DNA of 32,000 nucleotides. Source: an uncultured bacterium (GTDB lineage: Bacteria > Auribacterota > JACPWU01). A model generated the notes under the pieces. The model was not told the DNA's origin and did not search any database. It saw nothing but the letters and a program-made list of their open reading frames with translations. The stretch covers positions 270,001 through 302,000 of the forward strand of contig CAZXEQ010000002.1 of assembly GCA_964640155.1 (NCBI GenBank), in the 5' to 3' direction. The first letter of the stretch is position 1. Every line of letters begins with the position of its first letter. Shown piece by piece: positions 19,401 to 27,556 of this stretch. Position numbers and translations under genes: made by a program.

Positions 19401-19635
19401 ATTGAACATTTTCTTGATAGGTTCCTACTCTTGCATAAACGGTATCTCCACTTTGAATTCTGTCGAGAGCGAACTGGATGGTTTGCCAGGGATTAGAAAT
19501 AGTACCAGAAGAATTATCGCTCCCTGAAGGACTAACATAATAGAAGGCGGCTTCAGAACAGGCGCTGAACATTATAAGAAAAAGTATGACGAGGAAGGGG
19601 GCCTGCCATTTTAAAAGGCCTCTTACAAAATTCAT
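13615..19635 (-). CDS. Giant secreted, probably lipid-anchored, multidomain protein. Domains: right-handed beta-helix, SdiA-regulated/phytase-like beta-propeller, purple acid phosphatase-type metallophosphoesterase, thrombospondin type-3 Ca repeats and the shared C-terminal jelly-roll/Ig cassette
   Basis: The 2006-aa ORF has a signal peptide with a lipobox-like MFSAC and a DUF1565/beta-helix start (YYVSPSGSDNSSGT..NPW.TIQFAL). The propeller-like region contains DLEGITI and SGLEALTF. PAP motifs GDWG, GDNAY, GNHDH, YLHEP and GHNHHYE are present, as are DxDxDG repeats (DTDSDGMPDGYE, DADSDGLSN, DTDNDGMNDLYE). Four LamG-like repeats and one Ig-like domain follow. Confidence 0.85.
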   Translation of the reverse strand: MNFVRGLLKWQAPFLVILFLIMFSACSEAAFYYVSPSGSDNSSGTISNPWQTIQFALDRIQSGDTVYARVGTYQENVQFKCSGVTLSGYQNEQVILNGAFAGSTGYGISFDGETDMGSFDNITVQNLTIQNFETYAIVGWINNDNITLSNLIVVGGGEVIKFQANEPRPSDGPSGIVLMPTNPSLIASNILIQNVTATGYSQAGIDLGDGAVEDVTIRDVILSMTETGNDTAADGIAVERGNRITIQRVQIMGSQGDGIDLKANNVLVQRAQVRNVCGDGVKLWGVNAVLEYSFITYNGLTNLVLEGAGPYTIANNNIGDSQVYGYTATLGPYGSSSFSRIILQNNFFFNRVSNNGGTLLYFSPGCDVTATGNTFYQPYRTDAVIDASYSSKASIQQGYGKVFGDGDFSANNWPTGFSNNIYAEAPGGVQPWPAGSGINIGSNLPSGYEPSDAVWHTRLQKLFIVSDEGQVSQMNADGSQIITWSPGGDLEGITIANANSNYIYLGVEHPDSIREFDISTGTLTGRSWSLTPWMTGPDNSGLEALTFVPNSYHPYPNSSSGGLFYTGLQADGKIYIFDVNLSQNGQISYVDTLTIVPGITDIAGLYFDAQTEKLYAIFDSANRLLEMYPDGTVLKEYILPGTEQEGIAVVAAYPSTTASIYILDDSTKQVMKYNSYPVTYLTGSLTTLTRGPFLQMGKTTEVSIIWQTDIFGDSTVEYGPTTDLGLIATGSSGTTHQVNITGLTAGTLYYYRIKTNNQILKVNPSDTVYQFKTHVAPDTAQNFSFAVIGDWGSGTSNETAVKNQIKTALVNFVLTVGDNAYSSGTAQQIQSYVFDVYKDVFHSVFYYPTFGNHDHDTYNGQPSKDAYYIYPNGMGASAEELFYSFDYGDIHFVALDANKSYIGTSLWNTQKTWLEQDLAATSQPFKIVYLHEPAYSSTTSSHGYDPDVRAELVPIFESYHVDAVFQGHNHHYEQFYPILKGAQNNASGVKYYVTGNGGASLYTFSGAAATFSMERNNTAWGYLKCTFNGTTKTLSIEPRDVNGNLMGTTWSRTKVDTDSDGLWDYWEAYYFWNLNQTVGGDADGDELSNLQEYQNNTNPIVSDTDSDGMPDGYELTNNHDPLTNDALQDADSDGLSNIMEMNYGTDSNNTDTDNDGMNDLYEVIAGTNPLSSSSVSSYLFSDNFNDGNYNGWSVSGATSNITWSATNNALVSKGIGTGGYSFIIPDSLNISTMSTLAVSYDVTFSSTNDGWGGIWFRGIHLDVNTNRCGVRDGNYESLPGTYQWYAGVSKGVKHHILMLVKKVALSSSNPYPYRTDLYIDGKPIFINEPIETNTFSSNTVGFISNYSTGTVTWDNFMIYPNPAPLLLPFSDNFNASDYGAWIASGNINIAWDFVAGALRSNISSAVSATGYGYLKHALLDLSGQDITIVLDMTPQNWGGIFYRGVGLDINTSRIGWRDGSYEGHPGNYQWYSGVSAGTSHHIILNIQRSSPYDLSRLSIDGSLIFNNEPIQITTYPDKTIGFISNYFTGANLYDNLNVTSGSAGINLAPTLDGIGAQRVVAGSTLTFQAQGSDPNGDTITYTATGLPAGASINPTTGVFTWVPSSTDVGAYSITVQASDGSLTATETLSITVVTPPAPGTNPGLLYQENFDASSLPSGWGATGATSNVTWSIVGNALRSQVVGTGGYAYLDNTNLNISSNSSIALEYDVLFNNTDGWGGVRFRGINLDLNPNRIGWRDGNHESLPGSYRWFSGLTKNVTHHVILFVRSASPYYRSDLYVDGKPIFIDEPIEATSFPNNTIGFLSHYNVSGSYNVDSIILKDMTQLIPAGFVSASYDFSTNLNSWIGSGNTNDINWTLMSGALVFTVVGTGGYSFFSPYDLYISERNVTVSYDVTFSNSSDGWGGFVYRGIALDVNPNRCGWRDGIYEGFTGTYQWYPGVGARGAPHHVRIAIRPNSPYVLTDLFIDDTAIFTNEPIQTNSFTTNSVGFLSNYNLGSVSIDNVTVME

Positions 19636-19728
19636 GTTCGTTCCTACCCTTCTGCCCCCAAACTTGCCTTTCCTTCTAATATCGACTCCTTATATACAAA
19701 TAATAAAAGACTATCTCTTACGATGCTT

Positions 19729-22325
19729 CTATTCTGTTACTACAACATTATCTACAGAAACAGAACCTGAATAATATCCACTTCCAAAACCTATGAAATT
19801 GCTCGGGAATGTGCCACATTCAACAACTTCATTTTCAAAAATAGCATTCCCATTAATGGTCAAGTCCATGAGAACATAAGGGGAAGCGGGTTTAAATTTG
19901 ATTTTAACATGATGACTACTTCCTTTAGTAAGTGTGCTGGGATACCATTTATACGTCCCAGAAAAACCTTCATATACGCCATCTCTTGCTCCATATCGAT
20001 TCGGACAAATGTCAATTCCAATTCCTCGATAAAGAAATTGCCCCCAACCATCCGAATTGCTGCTGAATGTGACATCATAATCGACCGTGATTGTTTTTCC
20101 TGCAATATTTAACCCGGCCGACTGTATAAAACAGTAACCTCCACTTCCTATCACTGTTGCAGTTAATGCTCCCGAAGCAATAGACCAATTCACATTGTTC
20201 ACGGCTCCGCTTGTGGTCCAATTATTGAGGTTGGAGCTAAAATCATAACTGGCCAGTACCGTACCAGGAGTAGCCGGTTGTGTCGTATCTTTCGCAAGAA
20301 TACCATCAATGCTATAAGAGTTCCCGAGATAATAATGAGACAAAAATCCAAAGTTACTAACAGAAAGGCCTGATGCTTCAATGGGTTCATTGATAAAAAC
20401 AGCTTTCCCATCCACATGAAGATCACTTAAATAGTAGGGACTTGCTTTACGAATAGAAATTATGACATGATGCAAAACATTTTTACTAATTCCTGTGAAC
20501 CATTTATAACTCCCAGAATAACCTTCATAAGACCCATCTCTCCATCCACATCGGTTAGGATTAATATCCAGGCCAACCATTTTTCCAGAACTTCCAACTC
20601 TAAAGCCTCCCCAGCCATCTGTATTGTTGAATATAACATCATATTCTATAGAAAAACTATCCAAACTCGACAAGTTCACACTTGTATTATCTAAGAAAGA
20701 ATATCCTCCTGAGCCAATTACTTTACATTGTAAAGAGCCCCCATTCACTGTCCAATCTACATTACCAGTAACTCCAGTTTCCACCCATCCACTCAATGAC
20801 GCCGTATCAAAATTTTCTTGAAAAACAGCGCCGGGGGTACTTGCCGTTTGCGTCGCAGAAATAACAATGGTTTCGCTATCTGTAAGACTTCCATCGCTAA
20901 CTTGAACAGTCACATTATATGTGCCAGCATCTGTCTCTTTTGTAGCCCAATTGAAAGCCCCTGTACTTGGATTGAGCGTGGCACCAACGGGAAGACCTGT
21001 TGCAGTGTAAACTAAATTATCTCCGTTTAAATCAATCGCTCGTACTTGAAATGAAAGGGGTTGCCCCACTTTAACACTTTTGTCACCAATACTATTCATC
21101 AAAGGAGCCAAATTGGTTCCTACACTCACAGCTGTTACACTTGTATTGTCCCACAAAACATTTCCTGTATAAAGATTGGATGTAAATCCAACTGTTTTAT
21201 CTGAATAACTTGCTATTTGTATGGGTTCATTTTGAAAAATCAGTGTATTGTCTACATACAGTTTAGATAAATCATAAGAATTTGTTTTTTCTATCATCAA
21301 TATCACATGATGTGAAGCTCCAGAACTCATTCCGCTGAAAGGCTGATAACTACTATCTTTCCAGCCAATGGCTGTTGTATTAAGCTCTAAAGAAACCCCG
21401 CGATAAATAAATGCCCCCGAACTTTGAGGAGTGATATCAAATTCAACAATCACATCTTTTCCACTCACATCCAATAATGCGTGTTTGAAACTTCCAATAC
21501 CTATTCCACTGTCTTGGGCTTGTATAGTGGACCTCAATGATCCAGAAGCAAAATCCCAGATCACTTTGCTATTTCCACCTGAAATCCACAAACCATAATC
21601 ACTTGAATTAAAGTTGTCACTGAAGGGTAAGAGTAACGATGTAGAAATAGAATAAACAGTAAAATTGTCGCATGTCACTGTTCCATTCTGAGAATAATTG
21701 GAGGCAAATCCTATTGTGTTTGGGGTCAAATTGGCCACTTCTATCGATTCATTGAGAAAAATAGGTTTGCTATCAATGTACAAATCACTTGTATAATAAG
21801 GAGATCCTTTCTTTATAAAGATCAAGACACGATGTTTAACCCCCTTACTCATACCTGCATACCATTTGTAAGTCCCCGAAAGACCTTCATAAGGGCCATC
21901 TCTCCATCCACTGCGATAGGCATTGACATCCAGATGTTTATTGATAACTACACCTCCCCAACCATCACTGTCTGAACTAAAGGTTACATCGTAACTTATT
22001 ACAAAGTTATTTACAGAAGCCAGATTTAAAGATGTTGTTATGAAACCATATCCTCCACTTCCGACAGCACGCGAAACAAGTGCATTTGTTGTCGCAGACC
22101 ATACTATATTGTTCGTCGCTCCACTGGCACTCCAACCGTTCGTGTTTCCATCATTAAAATCATCTTTAAATAAATAAGCACTGACAGAACTTGCATTTAA
22201 AGGATTGGTGCCTGCAATGCTTTCATATAAATCATTCATGCCATCTCCATCGCTATCCGTAACATTTGGGTTGGTTCCTGATTTTAATTCACTCCCATCA
22301 CTGAGACCATCTCCATCCGAATCTA
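19729..22325 (-). repeat. Shared C-terminal cassette, copy in the 2599-aa protein (about aa 1736-2599)
   Basis: The order matches: TSP3 (DSDGDGLSDGSE..DSDGDGMNDLYE), R1, R2, Ig-like, R3, R4. Both proteins end ..SVS(I/V)DNV(T/V)V(M/T)E. Approximate sub-boundaries are R1 21641-22182, R2 21125-21640, Ig 20850-21120, R3 20290-20845 and R4 19732-20280. Confidence 0.8.
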
Positions 22326-25300
22326 ATGAATATGAAGAAATCACATTCGATATAAGAGAGACATTTCCCATATTATCTGTTGTTTTAATTGCAAAATAAT
22401 ATTCAGTCGATGAAAAATTTAACCCAGATATGCTCAAGGATTCTGATCCTCCAGCGGCCTTCGGCTGAGGAGAATTGCTGATAACAGTTGCCGATGAAAA
22501 ATTGGAAGATGTAATGGGAGAAGCGGAATAACGCATATTATAAGAACTCGCTGTTCCTATTGAACCATCATCTCCGGGTGCCGTCCAAGCAAGTGTTATT
22601 GAAGATGAAGAAAGACTGGTCATTCTTAAATCAGAGATGGTTGCAGGAGCTGTTGCATCTTGAGTTACCACTAACTCGACAGGAATTTGAACACTGGGGT
22701 TGGCTCCATCATTGCTTTTGATATTCAGAGTTGCTTTATAAGAACCTGATGAAATATTCACGCCTGTATATTGCACACTGATATTTGCAGATGAAGACGC
22801 CACTACAGTGCCAGTAACAGGTTGCACAGAAAACCAGGCAAAATCTGTTTTGTTATCTAGAACCTGAATATCATCAATATAAAAACCTTCATAAGCATTG
22901 AGATATGCATCTACTGTATCAAAAGTAAAACGTAAAATAACTTTCTTACCTTTATAAGCTGTCAAATCTAAAGAGCCGGAAGAAGTCCAAGCAGATTCAG
23001 AAACATTGGCTCCATCCTTATACCAAAGCAATGCCCAAGAAGAACCTGCATTGCTTGAAATCTCCAGATAAGTTTTGTCTCCTGGAACAGAAGGGTAATA
23101 CTCCACCGTTCTCCAAAATTTGAAAGACAGCTGAGGCGTTGTCCCTGAAGTTAAATCAATTTCTGGAGAAGTCAATGTCCCTTTATTAATGGCTCCTGTC
23201 TCATAATTTCCCGTGGATTCACTTCCATAATAGAAAGCATGCGTTGCACTTGAATAGCGACGTGTTGAAGAATGCCATAAGCCCGTTGCGGTCCAACCAG
23301 AAGCATTTTCACAATCATTGTTATAAAGTGCCACCGCCTCACCTGTAGTAGCCGAAGCAACATTGGAAAGGCCAGAAACATTTCCAACATCATCCGTCAC
23401 TTTCATTGCAAAATAATAAACTGTTTTTTGAGTCAATCCCGTAATGGTCAAAGATTCTGCGCTACCAGATGACTTAGGAGCTGGAACACTGGATACCAAG
23501 GTCGCCGAGCTAAAATTGGATGAATTAATTGCACTGGTTGAATAGCGAATCTCATAAGATGTCGCCGTACCTGTATTTCCATCATCTCCCGTAGCTGTCC
23601 ATTTAAGTTTCACGGTTGAGAAAGAAAGGGTTTCTGATGTTAAAGTGCTGACCGCAGAAGGAGGCGTCGTCTCAGCATTCTGCATCGCCTTGTGTACATT
23701 GAGTCTACCACCTGAAATTGTTTTGCCAGATAAACTCGAAACTTTATCCGTTCCACTTAAAATTTGACTTTTGACTTTTGCGTAAGTCCAAGAAGGATTG
23801 GCAGCCCATATAAGCGCACAAGCCCCCGCTACATGTGGTGTTGCCATCGATGTTCCACTCAAAGACCCATATGTGTTGGAAGGAAGCGTACTGTAAATAT
23901 TTACACCTGGTGCGCCCAAATGAACAGTCGTGGCACCAAAACAAGAGAAAGAAGCCAATAAATCTTTATTGTCCGTAGCTGCTACAGAAATGACATTTGC
24001 AACTTGATAATTTGATGGATAGTGAGGGGTTTGATCATTATTCGTTCCATTGTTTCCTGCGGCCGCGACAAATAAAGCTCCTTTGGAATTGGCTACGACA
24101 ATTGAATCATAAAGAGCTTGCGAATAACCTCCTCCTCCCCAACTATTGCTCAAAATTTTAGCCCCTTTATTAGCAGCATAAAGCACCGCAGAAACTGCAT
24201 CTGAAGTAGATCCAGAACCACTTGCACTTAAAAATTTAAGAGGCATGATTTTCACTGTCCAGCTCACACCTGCAACACCCACTCCATTGTTCCCAACTGC
24301 ACCAATCGTGCCTGCACAATGGGTTCCATGTTTGTTATCATCATAGGGATCTTTATCTTCATTCACAAAATCCCAACCACGAATATCATCGACATAACCA
24401 TTTCCATCATCATCAATGCCATTGTTGGCGATTTCTCCAGAATTGGTCCACATATTGGCAGCTAAATCAGGATGATTGTAATCCACTCCCGTATCAATAA
24501 CCGCCACTACAATATTACTGCTTCCCTTAGTTATATCCCAAGCTTCAGGCGCATCAATATCCGCATCGGATGTTCCTCCGGTTTGGCCTGTATTGTGCAA
24601 CCCATAAAGTGAAGAGAAACTGGGATCGTTGGGAGTCGCATTAACACTCACAATATAATTGGGTTCTGCATATTCCACCAAACCACTGGCAACATAAGAT
24701 TTTGCAAGACGCGCTGCATCCATATTGGAAGCCGTCTCAATCAGGTGAACACCTATTTCAGCATGGGTCTTCACCACACGAGCATCTAGTCCTTGCGCCA
24801 AATCTCGAAGCGCCCCAGCACTGACACCTTCTTTAAATTTCACAAGAATTTGGCCAGGTAAATAAGGAGCCACTTTGGTGGATGTATTAATTTTAGCGGG
24901 GTCTGGAGCACCAGTAGAACTGGAGCTAACAGAAGCACCTTCAGAAATTTCAAAAGAAAGATCGGAATCCCCGGTATTCTGAATCGTGAGTGTTTGAGAT
25001 GTTGTGGCCCCAACATCTAAGGCAACCTTGGAAAGACTTGAAGGAGTTACATTCATTTTTGGGCCGACTTTTGTTTTTGCACTGATCACATTTGAAAGAC
25101 CGGAAACATTATAAAGATCATCTTTTGCTTTCATTGCAAAATAGTACGTAACGCCTGTGGAAAGGCCTGTCACTTCAAAAGTTTCTGCACTCCCTGAAGT
25201 GGTTGGGGCCAAGAGCCCTGAAACCTGTGTCGCTGAAGAAAAATTAGAAGCGGTGATGGTACTTGTAGAATATCTTAAATCATAAATTGCGGCCTTACCC

Positions 25301-27528
25301 ACAGCCTCATCGTCTCCCGGTGCAGTCCAAGTTAATGTCACCGATGAAAGCCCTGTGGTACTCGCTGCTAAATTAATAATATCTGAAGGAGGTGTAACAT
25401 CGGCAGAACCTTCTGCTAAAATTTGAATATCATCGACAAACCATCCTTCAAAAGTATTATAATAGTCATCTAACGTATCGAAATAGAACCTTATTAAAAC
25501 GGTCTCCCCATCATAGTCTGAAAGATCAATTGTTACTTTTTCCCATTTTGCATTGGTAGAATAAGATTTATACACAGTTGTCCAAGTACTTCCTCCATTT
25601 TGTGAAACTTGCACAGAAGCTTCATCATAAGGAGCATAGTTTTCTGTTGTAAGATAATGATTAAAAATCAGGGTTGAAGAAGTTGCATTCGTTAAGAAAA
25701 TTGGGGAAGAAATCAGTGAACCATTATTTTCATAACCTGTATCGTAATTGCTTGTCGTTTCACTCCCATAGTAGAAGGATTGGGTCGCACTCAGCGAGCG
25801 CTTTGAAGACAAATGCCAAAGGGTATTTCCTCCACCCCCATCTGTTCCCGATAATGACCACATGCTTTGTCCATTTTCAAAATTTTCGCTAAAAATAGCT
25901 GTGCCCTGTGTTGTCTTGCTCGATACAACATTTGAAAGAGCTGACGCATTTCCCACATTGTCTCGCACTTTCAAAGCAAAATAATAAGTTGTATTGGCAG
26001 CTAATCCTTTTACCTTAACCGTCTCTGTTTGGCCTGAAGCTTTAGGAGCCGAAAGTCCTGTCACTTGTGTTGCAGAACTCCATGTAGATTCTGTAATAGC
26101 ACTGGTCGCATATCTTAAATCATAGGAACTGGCTGTGCCTGTTGTTCCATCGTCTCCCGTCGCTGTCCAAGATAAAACTACACTAAAAAAAGAACTGCTT
26201 TGAACAGCAACAGTACTTATAGCCCCTGGAGCTGTTGAATCATTATCCATAAAATTATAAATATTAAGCCTTCCACCTGTCACTGTTTTCCCCGACAAAG
26301 CAGAAGCAGGATCTACTGTGGAAAGAATTCTATCTCTGATTTGAGTGTAAGTTGAATTAGGCAATTGAGACCACATTAAAGCGGCAGCACCTGACACATG
26401 AGGACAAGCCATGGAAGTTCCGCTTAACGAACCATACTGATTGCCAGGTTTGGTGCTGTAAATATTCACGCCAGGTGCGCCTAAATCGACAGTGGTCGCT
26501 CCATAATTAGAAAAAGAAGCCAATTGATCATTCGCATCTGTCGCAGCCACTGAAATCACATTCGCCACATCATAAGCTGCGGGATACATGGGACTCACAT
26601 CTGCATCGGCTGCACTGTTACCCGCAGCTGCAATAAAAAGAGCACCTGCATTTCGATTGACCACCATGGCATCATACATCGCTTGAGAAAATCCGCCGCC
26701 GCCCCAGCTATTACTGGAAATTTTAGCACCCATTTGAGTTGCATAGTTCAAGCAAGAAATCGCATCTGAAATGTATCCGGAACCGCTAGAACTCAAAAAT
26801 TTTAGCGCCATAATTTTGGCTCTCCAAACCACACCCGAAACTCCAATCCCATTGTTGCCCACACCTGCAATGGTTCCTGCACAATGTGTTCCATGATAAT
26901 GATCATCCATAGGATCGTTGTCATCATTGGCAAAATCCCATCCATGAATGTCATCGATGTACCCATTTCCATCATCATCCATGCCATTGCCAGCAATTTC
27001 ACCTGGATTGGTCCACATATTGGCCGCCAAATCTGGATGCGTGTAGTCTACTCCTGTGTCAATCACTGCAATGACAAAATTTGGATCACCGGTTTGAACA
27101 TTCCATGCTTCAGGAGCATCTATATCAGCGTCTGATGTGCCTCCTGTTTGCCCAGTATTATTCAATCCATAAAGACTTGAAAACGAAGGATCATTAGGCG
27201 TTTGACTGATTTGAACGATAAAGTTGGGCTCTACATAACGGACTTTGGATGATTTTTTGAGAAGAGTTAAAGCTTCTTCAACAGACATCCCTTCAGGAAG
27301 TTTATATTGATGGACATTATTAATATTAAATTTCTCTATCTGTTCGGCATTGATGGATCGACGAAGTTGACGAATCTCGGAGCTGGACGTTCCAGGTTGA
27401 TAACGAACCAAAATTTCATCTTTAGCATATGGCAAGGATTCTTCAGCTGACATTAAAGAGGATTGTCCTAAGAAAATAAAAGCAGCAACAAAAACTCCTA
27501 AAAAGATTGAATGGGCGGCCTTTCTCAT
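19729..27528 (-). CDS. Giant secreted tandem double subtilase. Twice over it carries an I9 propeptide, S8 peptidase, FN3, MAM-like, FN3 and Ig-like domain, followed by thrombospondin type-3 Ca repeats and the shared C-terminal jelly-roll/Ig cassette
   Basis: The 2599-aa ORF has a signal peptide (..FLGQSSLMSA/EES) and two complete catalytic sets. Set 1 is DTGVDYTHPD, HGTHCAGTIAG, SNSWGG and GTSMACPHVSG (Ser about aa 372). Set 2 is DTGVDYNHPD, HGTHCAGTIGA, SNSWGG and GTSMATPHVAG (Ser about aa 1227). Each set is preceded by an I9-like propeptide. AAGGAG lies 8 nt upstream of the ATG. Confidence 0.9.
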   Translation of the reverse strand: MRKAAHSIFLGVFVAAFIFLGQSSLMSAEESLPYAKDEILVRYQPGTSSSEIRQLRRSINAEQIEKFNINNVHQYKLPEGMSVEEALTLLKKSSKVRYVEPNFIVQISQTPNDPSFSSLYGLNNTGQTGGTSDADIDAPEAWNVQTGDPNFVIAVIDTGVDYTHPDLAANMWTNPGEIAGNGMDDDGNGYIDDIHGWDFANDDNDPMDDHYHGTHCAGTIAGVGNNGIGVSGVVWRAKIMALKFLSSSGSGYISDAISCLNYATQMGAKISSNSWGGGGFSQAMYDAMVVNRNAGALFIAAAGNSAADADVSPMYPAAYDVANVISVAATDANDQLASFSNYGATTVDLGAPGVNIYSTKPGNQYGSLSGTSMACPHVSGAAALMWSQLPNSTYTQIRDRILSTVDPASALSGKTVTGGRLNIYNFMDNDSTAPGAISTVAVQSSSFFSVVLSWTATGDDGTTGTASSYDLRYATSAITESTWSSATQVTGLSAPKASGQTETVKVKGLAANTTYYFALKVRDNVGNASALSNVVSSKTTQGTAIFSENFENGQSMWSLSGTDGGGGNTLWHLSSKRSLSATQSFYYGSETTSNYDTGYENNGSLISSPIFLTNATSSTLIFNHYLTTENYAPYDEASVQVSQNGGSTWTTVYKSYSTNAKWEKVTIDLSDYDGETVLIRFYFDTLDDYYNTFEGWFVDDIQILAEGSADVTPPSDIINLAASTTGLSSVTLTWTAPGDDEAVGKAAIYDLRYSTSTITASNFSSATQVSGLLAPTTSGSAETFEVTGLSTGVTYYFAMKAKDDLYNVSGLSNVISAKTKVGPKMNVTPSSLSKVALDVGATTSQTLTIQNTGDSDLSFEISEGASVSSSSTGAPDPAKINTSTKVAPYLPGQILVKFKEGVSAGALRDLAQGLDARVVKTHAEIGVHLIETASNMDAARLAKSYVASGLVEYAEPNYIVSVNATPNDPSFSSLYGLHNTGQTGGTSDADIDAPEAWDITKGSSNIVVAVIDTGVDYNHPDLAANMWTNSGEIANNGIDDDGNGYVDDIRGWDFVNEDKDPYDDNKHGTHCAGTIGAVGNNGVGVAGVSWTVKIMPLKFLSASGSGSTSDAVSAVLYAANKGAKILSNSWGGGGYSQALYDSIVVANSKGALFVAAAGNNGTNNDQTPHYPSNYQVANVISVAATDNKDLLASFSCFGATTVHLGAPGVNIYSTLPSNTYGSLSGTSMATPHVAGACALIWAANPSWTYAKVKSQILSGTDKVSSLSGKTISGGRLNVHKAMQNAETTPPSAVSTLTSETLSFSTVKLKWTATGDDGNTGTATSYEIRYSTSAINSSNFSSATLVSSVPAPKSSGSAESLTITGLTQKTVYYFAMKVTDDVGNVSGLSNVASATTGEAVALYNNDCENASGWTATGLWHSSTRRYSSATHAFYYGSESTGNYETGAINKGTLTSPEIDLTSGTTPQLSFKFWRTVEYYPSVPGDKTYLEISSNAGSSWALLWYKDGANVSESAWTSSGSLDLTAYKGKKVILRFTFDTVDAYLNAYEGFYIDDIQVLDNKTDFAWFSVQPVTGTVVASSSANISVQYTGVNISSGSYKATLNIKSNDGANPSVQIPVELVVTQDATAPATISDLRMTSLSSSSITLAWTAPGDDGSIGTASSYNMRYSASPITSSNFSSATVISNSPQPKAAGGSESLSISGLNFSSTEYYFAIKTTDNMGNVSLISNVISSYSLDSDGDGLSDGSELKSGTNPNVTDSDGDGMNDLYESIAGTNPLNASSVSAYLFKDDFNDGNTNGWSASGATNNIVWSATTNALVSRAVGSGGYGFITTSLNLASVNNFVISYDVTFSSDSDGWGGVVINKHLDVNAYRSGWRDGPYEGLSGTYKWYAGMSKGVKHRVLIFIKKGSPYYTSDLYIDSKPIFLNESIEVANLTPNTIGFASNYSQNGTVTCDNFTVYSISTSLLLPFSDNFNSSDYGLWISGGNSKVIWDFASGSLRSTIQAQDSGIGIGSFKHALLDVSGKDVIVEFDITPQSSGAFIYRGVSLELNTTAIGWKDSSYQPFSGMSSGASHHVILMIEKTNSYDLSKLYVDNTLIFQNEPIQIASYSDKTVGFTSNLYTGNVLWDNTSVTAVSVGTNLAPLMNSIGDKSVKVGQPLSFQVRAIDLNGDNLVYTATGLPVGATLNPSTGAFNWATKETDAGTYNVTVQVSDGSLTDSETIVISATQTASTPGAVFQENFDTASLSGWVETGVTGNVDWTVNGGSLQCKVIGSGGYSFLDNTSVNLSSLDSFSIEYDVIFNNTDGWGGFRVGSSGKMVGLDINPNRCGWRDGSYEGYSGSYKWFTGISKNVLHHVIISIRKASPYYLSDLHVDGKAVFINEPIEASGLSVSNFGFLSHYYLGNSYSIDGILAKDTTQPATPGTVLASYDFSSNLNNWTTSGAVNNVNWSIASGALTATVIGSGGYCFIQSAGLNIAGKTITVDYDVTFSSNSDGWGQFLYRGIGIDICPNRYGARDGVYEGFSGTYKWYPSTLTKGSSHHVKIKFKPASPYVLMDLTINGNAIFENEVVECGTFPSNFIGFGSGYYSGSVSVDNVVVTE
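22306..24870 (-). repeat. Intragenic tandem duplication, unit 2 (about aa 887-1741)
   Basis: The domain order matches unit 1. The protease cores are clearly similar by hand alignment, for example TPNDPSFSSLYGL.NTGQTGGTSDADIDAPEAW, which is identical in both. Boundaries are approximate. Confidence 0.75.
24871..27435 (-). repeat. Intragenic tandem duplication, unit 1 (about aa 32-886): I9-S8-FN3-MAM-like-FN3-Ig-like
   Basis: The unit is collinear with unit 2 at a constant offset of 855 aa. This was checked at the PY of the propeptides (aa 33-34 vs 888-889) and at the catalytic Ser (372 vs 1227). Boundaries are approximate. Confidence 0.75.
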
Positions 27529-27556
27529 TCTTAAATCTCCTTTTACCTCAAAGACT

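Noticed and set aside
13705-27135. Many 60-125 aa ORFs antisense to or out of frame within the two giant genes. Examples are 13705-13989, 17425-17766, 18321-18698, 19860-20105, 26884-27135 and others in the track
   Set aside because: They are shadow ORFs inside long, motif-rich CDSs. None has an RBS or recognisable domains, and the giant frames are supported by multiple catalytic and structural motifs along their entire length.
13615-27528. Periodic DNA repetition in the giant genes as a CRISPR array or a diversity-generating retroelement target
   Set aside because: The repeats are long (0.5-2.6 kb), diverged and in-frame, so they encode protein domains. They have no short direct repeats with unique spacers. 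No reverse transcriptase gene or template-repeat copy lies nearby.
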